A DNA stretch of 64,000 nt, taken from an uncultured Bacteroidaceae bacterium. GTDB lineage: Bacteria; Bacteroidota; Bacteroidia; Bacteroidales; SM23-62. This document shows positions 8,692-18,239 of the stretch, piece after piece (the first letter of the stretch is position 1; every line of letters begins with the position of its first letter). A model generated the notes under the pieces. That model was given only the letters and a program-made list of their open reading frames with translations. It made no database searches and was not told the DNA's origin. The position numbers and the translations under genes were made by a program. Location of the stretch: the NCBI GenBank assembly GCA_964574985.1, contig CAZNPH010000001.1, positions 166,357 through 230,356 of the forward strand, read 5' to 3'.

Positions 8692-9882
8692 TCAGTCTTT
8701 TTTCCGCCTGCGAATCAGGCTCCGTATATAAAGCGATCCGGTAAGCATTCCGAAAAAGAGAAAAAACAAACCGCCGGAGAGAAGTGCCGTGGGTAATCCG
8801 GCACCGTCTGTAACAGCACCCATAACAGGACCGATCACTATGAACATGATCCGGATAATAAAATTTCTTACCGACAAAACGGTGGCCCTGTTTTCAGATG
8901 CGGTATCCCGGTTGATATAGTCCTTAAGAACAGGGGTGGCAATCCCACGAACCGCATAGAACATGAATAAAAACGCGATTCCCCACAGGGCTTCGGTAGC
9001 ACCGGTAAGCAGGTAGCCTGCTGATATGAACAAAGTGATAGCGGGGATCATGGCCCGGGGTGATACGCGTTTTTCGATCCTGAAAGCCAGAAAAGCCATT
9101 ACCCCAACCGTCGCATTCAGCAACATCCACATGATCCCGAACAAATCGAGCGGAAGTCCCACATATTCAAAATAGGGCTGGGCAAACCATGCCAGGGTCA
9201 GTGTAGATGTCCCGGTCAAAGAAGAATAAAATATATTTCTGCGTAAAGTCGGATGTTCAATCAGGGAGTGCCTGACCACCCGCATTATGCCCCTGAATCC
9301 CTGCAAAACAACAGATTTGTGACGGGACGGTTCAACCAGAAGCAATGCAGACGGAATGGCCAGAAAAGCAATGCCGGTCTGGAAATAATAGTTGGTGCGC
9401 AGACTGATGGCGGCGATAAGGCCTCCCAGAATGGCGGCGACAGCTTCCGATATGCTCCCCAGGCCAACCAGTCGACCTTCATATTTCACATAATCACTTT
9501 GCCGGTTGACCGACATAAGAGAGTCGTAAAGCATGGCTGAATCGGCTCCTGAGATCATGCTGTATCCTATTCCCAGTATAATCTCCGCGATCATAAAACT
9601 CCAGAAGGAATATGAAAATGCGTAGGTTCCCATTCCCGCAAAACCCAGCAAAGCACCTAGCAAAAGGGTTTTCCTGCGCCCAATGATATCGGCCAGATAG
9701 CCGGAAGGAATCTCCATCACCACTATGGCCACGGAATAGATGGCGCGCAGGGTCATGATATCCCGCATGCCCAACCCGTTCTGTTCATAAAAAGGAACGA
9801 TATAGGGCATGAACAGCATGAACCACTTGGTGAACTTGATCACATGGAGATAATAAATATTGGATACAGGGTCATGCCGCAT
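8692..9882 (-). CDS. MFS transporter
   Basis: 396 aa with about 12 hydrophobic segments and an MFS-like loop (GYLADIIGRRKTLL). Exact start uncertain. Confidence 0.78.
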   Translation of the reverse strand: MRHDPVSNIYYLHVIKFTKWFMLFMPYIVPFYEQNGLGMRDIMTLRAIYSVAIVVMEIPSGYLADIIGRRKTLLLGALLGFAGMGTYAFSYSFWSFMIAEIILGIGYSMISGADSAMLYDSLMSVNRQSDYVKYEGRLVGLGSISEAVAAILGGLIAAISLRTNYYFQTGIAFLAIPSALLLVEPSRHKSVVLQGFRGIMRVVRHSLIEHPTLRRNIFYSSLTGTSTLTLAWFAQPYFEYVGLPLDLFGIMWMLLNATVGVMAFLAFRIEKRVSPRAMIPAITLFISAGYLLTGATEALWGIAFLFMFYAVRGIATPVLKDYINRDTASENRATVLSVRNFIIRIMFIVIGPVMGAVTDGAGLPTALLSGGLFFLFFGMLTGSLYIRSLIRRRKKD

Positions 9883-9900
9883 ATTGCTGGAAATTTCCCG

Positions 9901-10665
9901 TCAGCCCAGCTCCAGCATGAGTCCGTCAAAGGCCGGCTGGATCCCGGGTGGCAATTCTTTCATAAGGGATTTATGGGTACCAAGCTGATGGCTGATGTGG
10001 GTAAGGTATGCTTTTCCGGGTTTAACTTCCTCAATCAGTCCGAGCGCCTCTCTGAGCGTCAGATGGGATATGTGTTCCTTCCTTCTCAGTGCAGTCAAAA
10101 CAAGCACCCGGGTCCCCAGTATCTTTTTTTTCTCCTCCGTTGAAATGTATTTTACATCCGTCAGATATGTGAAATCCCCTATCCGGAATCCCAGTACCGG
10201 CAGGCGGTAGTGCATGGCCCTGACCGGCATGATCCTGTTTCCATTGACATGGAAGGGAAGGTTATCAATAATGTGTACATCCACACTGGGGACGCCCGGA
10301 TACTTCTTCTCTGCAAAAATATAGGGAAACTGTGTTTTCAGAGCCCTGATCACTCTTTCCTCGGCATAGATGTCCATTGACTTTTTCATGATGAAATTGA
10401 AAGCCCGGATATCGTCGAGTCCGGCAATATGATCCCGGTGTGCGTGGGTATACAGAACGGCTTCCAGACGTTTGACATTCTCCCGGAGCATTTGCTGGCG
10501 AAAATCCGGACTTGTATCAATCACCAGATTGAGGCCGCCTGCCTCTATCAGCACGGATGACCGCAATCTTTTATCCCGCAAGTCCCCGGACCGGCACACT
10601 TCACAATCACAGGCAATGATGGGTACGCCCTGCGAAGTGCCGGTCCCCAGAAAGGTTATTTTCAT
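9901..10665 (-). CDS. MBL-fold metallo-hydrolase
   Basis: 254 aa. MKITFLGTGTSQGVP..., and the HxHxDH motif in LYTHAHRDHIAG. Confidence 0.82.
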   Translation of the reverse strand: MKITFLGTGTSQGVPIIACDCEVCRSGDLRDKRLRSSVLIEAGGLNLVIDTSPDFRQQMLRENVKRLEAVLYTHAHRDHIAGLDDIRAFNFIMKKSMDIYAEERVIRALKTQFPYIFAEKKYPGVPSVDVHIIDNLPFHVNGNRIMPVRAMHYRLPVLGFRIGDFTYLTDVKYISTEEKKKILGTRVLVLTALRRKEHISHLTLREALGLIEEVKPGKAYLTHISHQLGTHKSLMKELPPGIQPAFDGLMLELG

Positions 10666-10726
10666 TGCTCCCCAAAATTAACGATAATCATGAAAATATT
10701 TCTATTTTTACGTGACTGTTGAAAAA

Positions 10727-11107
10727 ATGACACGGATACGAAGATACAGGAAATACATCCTGCCGCTTATTTTTCCTGCCGTTATCTGGTTGCTGGTTAA
10801 TTTTGCCATCAACCGGCATACGCACCGGTTGAAATCAGGTCACACCATCACCCATGCCCATCCCTTCAACAAGCAAAACAGCGGGAACAAAACAACTCCG
10901 TTTCATTCACATACGGATATCGATATCCTCTTTCTGGAACTCATTACCGGGATTCTCCTGATTGTTAGCTGGGGCATATCCCTGGCCATCCGCAAACAGG
11001 CCGCATTTCATAAAATCATTCCTCAGAATTCAGTAAATACTCCTTCCCGTATACATTTAATTCCTGAAAAAAGAGGACCTCCTGTTCCTCCCCAGTTCAA
11101 ATTCTGA
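10727..11107 (+). CDS. Hypothetical His-rich small membrane protein
   Basis: ATG at 10727 inside the GTG-initiated ORF 10712..11107. Two hydrophobic segments flank HTHRLKSGHTITHAHPF...PFHSHTD. It lies directly upstream of the metal-uptake cluster. Confidence 0.45.
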   Translation: MTRIRRYRKYILPLIFPAVIWLLVNFAINRHTHRLKSGHTITHAHPFNKQNSGNKTTPFHSHTDIDILFLELITGILLIVSWGISLAIRKQAAFHKIIPQNSVNTPSRIHLIPEKRGPPVPPQFKF

Positions 11108-11141
11108 ATTTCCAATTCCCAAAATTTTCAAAAGAAATTAA

Positions 11142-11343
11142 ATGACCCCCATCACCGATCAGCCGGCAGGCCGCCGGATATAGACAAAAGGCTATGAATA
11201 TACGGATCAACATCATTTTTACATATGGGGGTTCGCCGGCCAGGACCACGGACAGCCTGTGGGTAGCCGGCAACAAAAGGACAAGCATTAGAGCTGACAT
11301 TATAACGTGCTAAATATTAACTGCTTAACTTAAATATATTCCA
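11142..11343 (+). repeat. Intergenic repeat family, copy C (full length)
   Basis: 5' box ATGACCCCCATCACCGATC (11142), GCCGCC..AGACAAAAG, and core at 11227-11279. The tail has 30/30 nt identical to copy E (11291-11320 vs 41871-41842). GGCAAC (11269) lies 75 nt before GTG 11344. Confidence 0.9.
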
Positions 11344-12621
11344 GTGGAACATAGTATCATATGCATGTTATGCCTGGGTTTGTTCTGGGGAACACTGGCC
11401 GGACAAACACCCCGGCCAGACTCTGTGAGCATCCGGAATCTTGAAAAAAGGATCCGGGAACTCGAATCCAAATGGCATACAAAACAACAGGAGGATGAAC
11501 TGAAGAATCTGCTGGAAGAAGCGAACCGCCTTTCGGCAAAAGAAAAAGCGGAAAAGGCGGATATATCAAAGAAATTCCATAGCGGATTGCGCAGGCAGCA
11601 GGGATTGAACCCGAACATCAGTGTCAGCGGGGATTTTTTCGGAGGCATCAGCAGTTCGAACCATGAACTGATCACCGAACCCGGGGATTTTTCCTATGGC
11701 AACAATGGCGCATATTTGCGGGGCGTCGATCTTTCTTTCATCTCCCCCCTGGATCCTTATTCCCGCGGGAAGGTTTTCCTTTGTGCCACACCCGGGGGTC
11801 TCGATGTCGAAGAAGCTTATATGGATATCCTGAACCTGCCTTTCAGATCGGGCATCAAAGTGGGTATTTTCCGTCCCGAATTCGGTCTGCTGAACCGCTA
11901 CCACGAACATGCCCTGCCTCAGTTCGACCGGCCCCTGGTACTCAGAAATTATTTCGGGCTGGATGGCCTCGCCGGAACCGGTCTGGCCACCAACACCCTG
12001 CTGCCCCGGCTTTTATTTGCCGATGCAAGTTCCATGGACCTTTCCCTGGTCAGCGGAGGAAATGATTTCAGCTTCACCGGGGAAAAAACATTCAATCCCC
12101 TGCTGGTCATCCATTTAAAAAATTATTACGATCTTTCGGAGAGCAGCTACTTTGAATATACCCTGAGTGGAGCAACCGGCAGGAATGATCCTGCAGCCAG
12201 GAACAATACCCGGACTGGCAGTGTGGGTATCCATTACAAATGGATGCCTCCGGAAAGATCCAAATACCGGACTTTCAACTGGAAGACCGAGTTCTTTTTG
12301 TGTTCATATGAAACTGCTGGTGAATCCGTTCATTCTCGCGGATTTTACAGTTCTGTGGAAAACAAGCTCAATGCGCGTTTATGGCTCAGCGGACGGATCG
12401 GTTATTCGGAATATCCTTTCGATAACACGTTGTCGGGATGGAGTTACACTGTATGCATGGATTACTGGCAAAGCGAATGGGTTTTCTTCAGGATCCAGTA
12501 CCAGTATAACGACCGGAGTATAACAGGATACCCGGGCACCACAGGCAGATTGCCGGATGATCATTCACTGATCCTGCAGATCAACTGGGCCATGGGTCCG
12601 CACAAACATGAAGCATACTGA
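11344..12621 (+). CDS. Putative outer-membrane beta-barrel (porin-like) protein with an N-terminal coiled coil
   Basis: 425 aa. Charged coiled-coil segment (RNLEKRIRELESKWHTKQQEDELKNLLEEANRL), then alternating strand-like sequence, with a C-terminal aromatic residue (..HEAY). First gene of the metal-uptake cluster. Start (GTG 11344 or a downstream ATG) uncertain. Confidence 0.6.
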   Translation: MEHSIICMLCLGLFWGTLAGQTPRPDSVSIRNLEKRIRELESKWHTKQQEDELKNLLEEANRLSAKEKAEKADISKKFHSGLRRQQGLNPNISVSGDFFGGISSSNHELITEPGDFSYGNNGAYLRGVDLSFISPLDPYSRGKVFLCATPGGLDVEEAYMDILNLPFRSGIKVGIFRPEFGLLNRYHEHALPQFDRPLVLRNYFGLDGLAGTGLATNTLLPRLLFADASSMDLSLVSGGNDFSFTGEKTFNPLLVIHLKNYYDLSESSYFEYTLSGATGRNDPAARNNTRTGSVGIHYKWMPPERSKYRTFNWKTEFFLCSYETAGESVHSRGFYSSVENKLNARLWLSGRIGYSEYPFDNTLSGWSYTVCMDYWQSEWVFFRIQYQYNDRSITGYPGTTGRLPDDHSLILQINWAMGPHKHEAY

Positions 12622-12629
12622 GTATTATT

Positions 12630-13766
12630 ATGAAACATGTTATTAACCTTATACAACATAAGCAAATAAAACGAAACAATATGAGAATCATGAAAACAAA
12701 CGGCTTGCGAAAAAGATTTTTCGCAAAACCGGCCATAACGGCCGTCTTGCTGGCAATATACAGCATGACAGGATATGCCATGGCAAACGCCGGATCACCC
12801 AACAAGCAAAAATTACAGATTGTCTGTTCATTTTCGGACTATGCGGCCATTGCCGAATCCATCGCCCGGGACAAAGCGAAGGTCCAGGCCATTTCACACG
12901 GGGACCAGGATCCTCATTTTGTTCCTCCGAAACCCAGTTACGCCATGATACTGCACAAAGCCGATATGTGGGTAACAACGGGCATGGACCTGGAACAATG
13001 GTCCACCACCCTGCTGGACAAATCACACAATAAAAGGATCATGGACGGAGCAGCCGGATTTGTAGCTGTTTCGGATGGAGTTGATATACTTCAAAAAATT
13101 GAGAAAGGCGACCGTACCGAAGGAGACGTCCACCTGATGGGTAATCCACACATCAATACGAGTCCGGTTAACTGGCCAGCCATCGCAAAAAACATCACCA
13201 TCGGACTGATCAAGGTGGATCCCGCCAATTCCTCATTCTATGAAGCAAACCGGGATGCATTCATCGATAAGACATGTAAGGCTCTTTTCGGGGAACAACT
13301 GGTCGGACTCTTTGGGGGGGAAACCCTGCTGCAATTGTTATCCAACAAAACACTTTTCACCTTCCTGGAAAAAGAATACGAGGGGAAAAAGCTCACTTCC
13401 ATGCTCGGGGGCTGGCTGAAGGAAGCCCTTCCGCTCAGGGGAATGAATGTCATCGCGTACCATAAGAACTGGACCTATTTTGGAGAAACATTCGGAATAA
13501 ACATCGCAGGATATATTGAACCCAAACCGGGCATCCCGCCGTCTGCAAAACATGTCCGGTATATGATCAATCTCATAAAAGAACAACAAATAAAACTGAT
13601 GCTTGTGGCCAGCTATTTCGAAAAAAAATCCCCGTCAATGATCGAAGCGAAAACCGGCATCAAGGCATTGTACCTGCCATTGTTTGTAAACCGGGAAAAA
13701 GGATTGGATGACAATTTCGAACTGATCGGATACTGGATTGACCGGATCAAAGCCAGCATTGACTGA
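12630..13766 (+). CDS. Metal (Zn/Mn-type) ABC transporter substrate-binding protein, ZnuA/TroA family
   Basis: 378-aa ORF; the likely true start is ATG 12681 (MRIMKTNGLRKRFF...). Family-like stretches include HGDQDPHFVPPKPS and EGDVHLMGNPHINTSP. Confidence 0.85.
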   Translation: MKHVINLIQHKQIKRNNMRIMKTNGLRKRFFAKPAITAVLLAIYSMTGYAMANAGSPNKQKLQIVCSFSDYAAIAESIARDKAKVQAISHGDQDPHFVPPKPSYAMILHKADMWVTTGMDLEQWSTTLLDKSHNKRIMDGAAGFVAVSDGVDILQKIEKGDRTEGDVHLMGNPHINTSPVNWPAIAKNITIGLIKVDPANSSFYEANRDAFIDKTCKALFGEQLVGLFGGETLLQLLSNKTLFTFLEKEYEGKKLTSMLGGWLKEALPLRGMNVIAYHKNWTYFGETFGINIAGYIEPKPGIPPSAKHVRYMINLIKEQQIKLMLVASYFEKKSPSMIEAKTGIKALYLPLFVNREKGLDDNFELIGYWIDRIKASID

Positions 13767-13796
13767 CCGAAAAAAACACAAAAACAATCCCCTGGT

Positions 13797-14624
13797 ATGG
13801 ATACACTTTTATTTCTTGCCCCTCCCATAACCATCAGCATTCTCCTGGCAGGTATTCTTGGATATTTTGGCAATCATATTCTTGCCCGGGGAATTATCTT
13901 TATTGACATTGCCATCGCCCAGATCGCAGCCCTCGGCACCATGACCGGGATCATTCTCGGATTCGCCGATGAATCGACACCCAACCAGCTCATTTCATAT
14001 GGTTTTACCATACTGGTGCTGACATTATTCCTTCTGATGAAACCCAAAAAAAATCTCTTGCCACAGGAGGCCCTGATCGGCATCTTTTATTGCATAGCCC
14101 TGGGGGCCGCGTTGCTGCTGGCGGAAAAAATACCGGGAGGATCCAATTTCATCACCAAAACCATAACGGGCAATGTGCTATGGGTCACCTGGAAAAAGAT
14201 CCTCCACTGCGTGATCCTGCTGTCGGCCGTGATCCTCATTCATCTCCTGCTGGGCAAAAAATTCAAAGAGATCAGTCTGAACAAAAACCATCCTGCCGCC
14301 CAGGGTTCGTTAAACTTGTGGATCGATTGGATCTTTTATGTTACTTTCGGGATTGTCATTGTCAAAGCCGTCCCTGTGCAGGGAATTTTTCTTGTGTTTA
14401 TCCTGTTAATAGCACCGGCAGCCGTGGTCGCCCTGTTTACCCATAACTGGAAGAAAAAGATCCTCTGGAGCTGGTTCATCGGAGCGGCCGGTTCGGTTGC
14501 CGGGATATTGATTTCTTACCGTTACAATATCTCCAACGGGCCGGCCATTGTTTGTATCCTGGGAACCATGGTTTTCCTGTTGAGTTTTTATAAACTGGCC
14601 ACCAAAAAATCAAAACCCATATGA
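13797..14624 (+). CDS. Metal ABC transporter permease (ABC-3 family)
   Basis: 275 aa and polytopic. IFIDIAIAQIAALG motif shared with the next gene. Confidence 0.85.
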   Translation: MDTLLFLAPPITISILLAGILGYFGNHILARGIIFIDIAIAQIAALGTMTGIILGFADESTPNQLISYGFTILVLTLFLLMKPKKNLLPQEALIGIFYCIALGAALLLAEKIPGGSNFITKTITGNVLWVTWKKILHCVILLSAVILIHLLLGKKFKEISLNKNHPAAQGSLNLWIDWIFYVTFGIVIVKAVPVQGIFLVFILLIAPAAVVALFTHNWKKKILWSWFIGAAGSVAGILISYRYNISNGPAIVCILGTMVFLLSFYKLATKKSKPI

Positions 14625-15472
14625 TCGCAATAGAATTTCTTTTAACGCCTTTGGTGGCATGCCTGATTTTGGTATTGATCAATGTATATTTTGGCATCCA
14701 TGTAATCAAGCGTGAAATCATATTTATCGACATTGCCATGGCCCAGATCGCAGCCATGGGAAGTGCGGTCGCCATGATCCTTTTTCAATCGGCACATCCC
14801 GGTCATATGGAAGGACACCGGGAACACAATGCTTTTGCCTACCTGTTTTCTCTTTTGTTCGTCACCCTGGCTTCCCTGGTCTTTAGCATCCTCCGTAACA
14901 AAAAAATCCCCGTCCCCATTGAAGCGATCATTGGGATTGCATATGCGGCAGCTACCACCGGAACGGTCATCATCCTTGATAAAGGAGCCGGCGGGGACGT
15001 ACATGTTCATGATATGCTGATAGGCGCAATCCTGTGGGTCAGCTGGCACCAGGTCACGCGGCTTTTTGTGATCGCCCTGCTGGTTGGGATATTCCATATC
15101 ATCTTCAGGAAAAAATTCACGGGGATATCAGATATTCAACAAAAACAGGAGCAGAATATACCCTATAAGGCATGGTGGGACTTTTTGTTTTATTTCAGTT
15201 TAGGTATCGTGATCATTGAAGCGGTCAATATTGCAGGGATCCTGACTGTTTTTGCAATGCTGATCATCCCCGCTTCCATAGGCTTTATCTTTACCGGGAA
15301 TTGGAGGGGCAGACTCTGTATCGGCTGGATATCCGGGGCGTTTGCTTCTTTGGCCGGACTCTGTCTTTCGTTTCTGATGGACGTACCCTGTTCCCCGGTG
15401 ATCATCATCCTTCTGGGAATCATCTTGTTAATGGGTAGCGCACTGAAATCAGTCCGGGGACAACACACCTGA
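14621..15472 (+). CDS. Metal ABC transporter permease (ABC-3 family), second copy
   Basis: 283 aa. 4-nt overlap with the previous gene. IFIDIAMAQIAAMG motif and a His-rich loop (HPGHMEGHREH). Confidence 0.85.
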   Translation: MIAIEFLLTPLVACLILVLINVYFGIHVIKREIIFIDIAMAQIAAMGSAVAMILFQSAHPGHMEGHREHNAFAYLFSLLFVTLASLVFSILRNKKIPVPIEAIIGIAYAAATTGTVIILDKGAGGDVHVHDMLIGAILWVSWHQVTRLFVIALLVGIFHIIFRKKFTGISDIQQKQEQNIPYKAWWDFLFYFSLGIVIIEAVNIAGILTVFAMLIIPASIGFIFTGNWRGRLCIGWISGAFASLAGLCLSFLMDVPCSPVIIILLGIILLMGSALKSVRGQHT

Positions 15473-15483
15473 TCCGAGCTTCA

Positions 15484-15987
15484 CTAACCGGATTCTCCGC
15501 TCATATCTTTCTGCAAACGGGCCATCCTGATGGCGGCAATGGCCGCTTCATCTCCTTTGTTCCCGTGTTTTCCCCCGGCACGGTCCCTGGCCTGCTGAAG
15601 ATTCTCAGTGGTCAGGACGCCAAAAATGATGGGGAGATTGTAGTGCAGATTTAATTCGGTGATCCCACGGGTCACACCCTGGCATATATAATCAAAATGG
15701 CTGGTTTCTCCCCGGATGACACACCCCAGGCAAATCACGGCATCCACATCCGTATACTCGGCCATGAATTGTGCAGCAAGGGGCAGTTCAAAACTTCCCG
15801 GCACAAAGCGGGTTATTATATCCCTTTTCAAAGCACCGTGTTTTACCAGGGTATCCATGGCACCTTTCATCAGCGCGTTGGTCACCTGTTCATTATACGC
15901 GGAAACAACGATGCCGAACGAAAATCCTTTCGCGGATGGAATATTGTCAGAATCGTAGCTGGAAAGATTCTTCAGGGAAGTAGCCAT
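15484..15987 (-). CDS. ribH: 6,7-dimethyl-8-ribityllumazine synthase
   Basis: 167 aa. FGIVVSAYNEQVTNALMKGA...VPGSFELP...GCVIRGETSHFDYI is the typical RibH pattern. Confidence 0.92.
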   Translation of the reverse strand: MATSLKNLSSYDSDNIPSAKGFSFGIVVSAYNEQVTNALMKGAMDTLVKHGALKRDIITRFVPGSFELPLAAQFMAEYTDVDAVICLGCVIRGETSHFDYICQGVTRGITELNLHYNLPIIFGVLTTENLQQARDRAGGKHGNKGDEAAIAAIRMARLQKDMSGESG

Positions 15988-15998
15988 GATTCAACCGG

Positions 15999-16691
15999 TT
16001 ACTTATTCTTCCATATCCCGGCCCTGGTCCTGTATTTTGCAATATTTTCCTGACCGGCGTAATCAGGGAATTCCTCTTCGATCATGCTGTAAAGTTCCTC
16101 GGCCCGGGCATAATTATCCAGGGCTTCATGAACAACGGCCGCTTTCCTGAGAAACATGGGTGTGGTAAAATCGTTTTCATTGTAATTGGCTGCTTTCATA
16201 TAATACTCTATGCCCTGTTCCGACTCGCCCAATTCCACATAAGCATCTCCCAATGCACCCAGTGCTACCGGGGCCACCATTTTGTCTTTCAGTTTAAAAT
16301 CACTCAGATATTCAATGGCATCCTGGTATTCTCCCAGCTTCAAACAGGATATTCCGGCATAATATTTTGCCAGATTCGCCTGTTTTGTCATCCGGTATTC
16401 ATCAATAATATCTATAAAGCCCAGATAATTGCCATCTCCATACAGGGCAAGGTTAAAGGAATCCATTTCAAAATACTTCTCAGCCATGAACATCTGGGAC
16501 AGGGCTTCTTTCTGCCTCGGCATAAAATAAAACCGCCTGGAACCCAAAATCACCGCGACAAGGATGAGCAATACAGTAACCACCCGCATGATGGCCTTTT
16601 GGTTGTCCTCAATAAATTGTTCGGTCCTGGATAATGCACTTTCAACTCCTTCAATCCCATCCTGCTGTTTCGGTCTTTTTGTATCTGTCAT
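15999..16691 (-). CDS. Membrane-anchored tetratricopeptide-repeat protein
   Basis: Start moved to ATG 16691 (MTDTKRPKQQ...). One TM segment followed by TPR-like helices. The ORF-track extension to 16835 overlaps the recF start. Confidence 0.72.
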   Translation of the reverse strand: MTDTKRPKQQDGIEGVESALSRTEQFIEDNQKAIMRVVTVLLILVAVILGSRRFYFMPRQKEALSQMFMAEKYFEMDSFNLALYGDGNYLGFIDIIDEYRMTKQANLAKYYAGISCLKLGEYQDAIEYLSDFKLKDKMVAPVALGALGDAYVELGESEQGIEYYMKAANYNENDFTTPMFLRKAAVVHEALDNYARAEELYSMIEEEFPDYAGQENIAKYRTRAGIWKNK

Positions 16692-16813
16692 ATTATCAAA
16701 ACAGTAAAGGTTATCCAAAAAACAAGGCAAATGTAATTCTTTTTCTTTCCATTTCACAGTGTATCTTATTAATTTTACGCAGCAATACTTGTGAGACGAT
16801 TCACCCATTGACC

Positions 16814-17920
16814 ATGCATCTGAAATCCTTATCACTGATCAATTTCAAGAACTACGACCAACTGGACCTGAAATTCGGACCCGGGATCAATTGCTTTGTC
16901 GGAGACAATGGTACCGGAAAAACCAATCTTTTGGACGCCATTTATTATCTGTCACTGACCAAAAGCTATTTCAATCCGATCGATACGCAAAATATCATGC
17001 ACGGCAACGACCATTTCCTGATCCAGGGAGAATACGAAAGAGACGGGGCTTCGGAAAAGATCCATTGCGGGATCCAAAAGAAAGGCAAAAAGAAATTCAA
17101 AAGAAACGGCAAGGAATACAGCAGGCTCTCCGAACATGTGGGACTGATCCCGGTGGTCATGATCTCTCCCGCGGACAGCAATTTGATCCTTGAGGGAAGC
17201 GGTGAAAGGAGAAAGTTCATCAATGGTGTTATCTCACAATATAACAAACAATATCTCGAAGATCTGCTGAGATACAACCGTGCCCTGCTGCAAAGGAATC
17301 AGTTGTTGAAGAACATCGCCAAAACGGGGAAACTTGATAAAGAAGTACTCAACATTTATTCCATGCAAATGATCCGGCACGGAAAATCCATACATCAGCA
17401 AAGGGTTGAGTTCAGCAACCGGCTGAAACCGGTTTTCCAGAAATACTATCAGGAGGTGTCCGGGGGACGGGAAAAAGTAAACCTCAGGTACCGTTCCCAG
17501 CTGAATGGGGGCGATTTCAAAAAAATGATGGATGAGGCATATTCCAAGGACAGCATACTGGAATACACCACAGTGGGCATCCATAAGGATGACCTCGACC
17601 TGGAACTGGGAAAACATCCCATAAAAAAAGTGGGCTCACAGGGACAGCAAAAAACATATCTGGTATCCCTGAAACTTGCCAAATTTGAATTTATAAGGGA
17701 GGTGTCCGGATTACACCCCATTCTTTTGCTGGATGACATATTTGACAAATTCGATGCCAGCCGCGTGGAACACATCATCAAACTGGTATCGGAAGAACAT
17801 TTCGGACAAATTTTCATTACCGACACCCACACGGAAAGGATACAGGATATACTGGACAGGATTTCAAATGATTACAAGCTTTTCCTGCTTAAAGAGGGAA
17901 CGGTCGAAATCCCCCAATGA
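16814..17920 (+). CDS. recF: DNA replication and repair protein RecF
   Basis: Start at ATG 16814 (MHLKSLSLINFKNY...). Walker A GDNGTGKTNLLDAIYYL, and C-terminal LLLDDIFDKFD. Confidence 0.92.
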   Translation: MHLKSLSLINFKNYDQLDLKFGPGINCFVGDNGTGKTNLLDAIYYLSLTKSYFNPIDTQNIMHGNDHFLIQGEYERDGASEKIHCGIQKKGKKKFKRNGKEYSRLSEHVGLIPVVMISPADSNLILEGSGERRKFINGVISQYNKQYLEDLLRYNRALLQRNQLLKNIAKTGKLDKEVLNIYSMQMIRHGKSIHQQRVEFSNRLKPVFQKYYQEVSGGREKVNLRYRSQLNGGDFKKMMDEAYSKDSILEYTTVGIHKDDLDLELGKHPIKKVGSQGQQKTYLVSLKLAKFEFIREVSGLHPILLLDDIFDKFDASRVEHIIKLVSEEHFGQIFITDTHTERIQDILDRISNDYKLFLLKEGTVEIPQ

Positions 17921-18216
17921 CCAAAATGAGAAAAAGCGAAACACAAAAAATCGCTGTGATCCTTGGTGAATTTCTTCAGGATACCAGGATCGGCACAAAA
18001 ATGAAGGAAATCCGGGCCCTCGGCAACTGGGAAGAACTGCTGGGCCGTTCTGTGGCAAGATCCACCAAAAAATTATTCATCAGGGACGGGAAATTATACG
18101 TTTACCTGTCTTCTCCGGTGGTCAGAAACGAACTGTTCATGATCCGGGACGATATTTTAAAAAAGTTCAACGACCGTGCCGGCGAGAAACTGGTTCGGGA
18201 AATCGTGCTGAAGTGA
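17917..18216 (+). CDS. DUF721 domain protein (recF-associated)
   Basis: 99 aa. 4-nt overlap with recF. Conserved position downstream of recF in Bacteroidota. Confidence 0.72.
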   Translation: MTKMRKSETQKIAVILGEFLQDTRIGTKMKEIRALGNWEELLGRSVARSTKKLFIRDGKLYVYLSSPVVRNELFMIRDDILKKFNDRAGEKLVREIVLK

Positions 18217-18239
18217 TTTCTTCATCCTGCAAGAATCAA

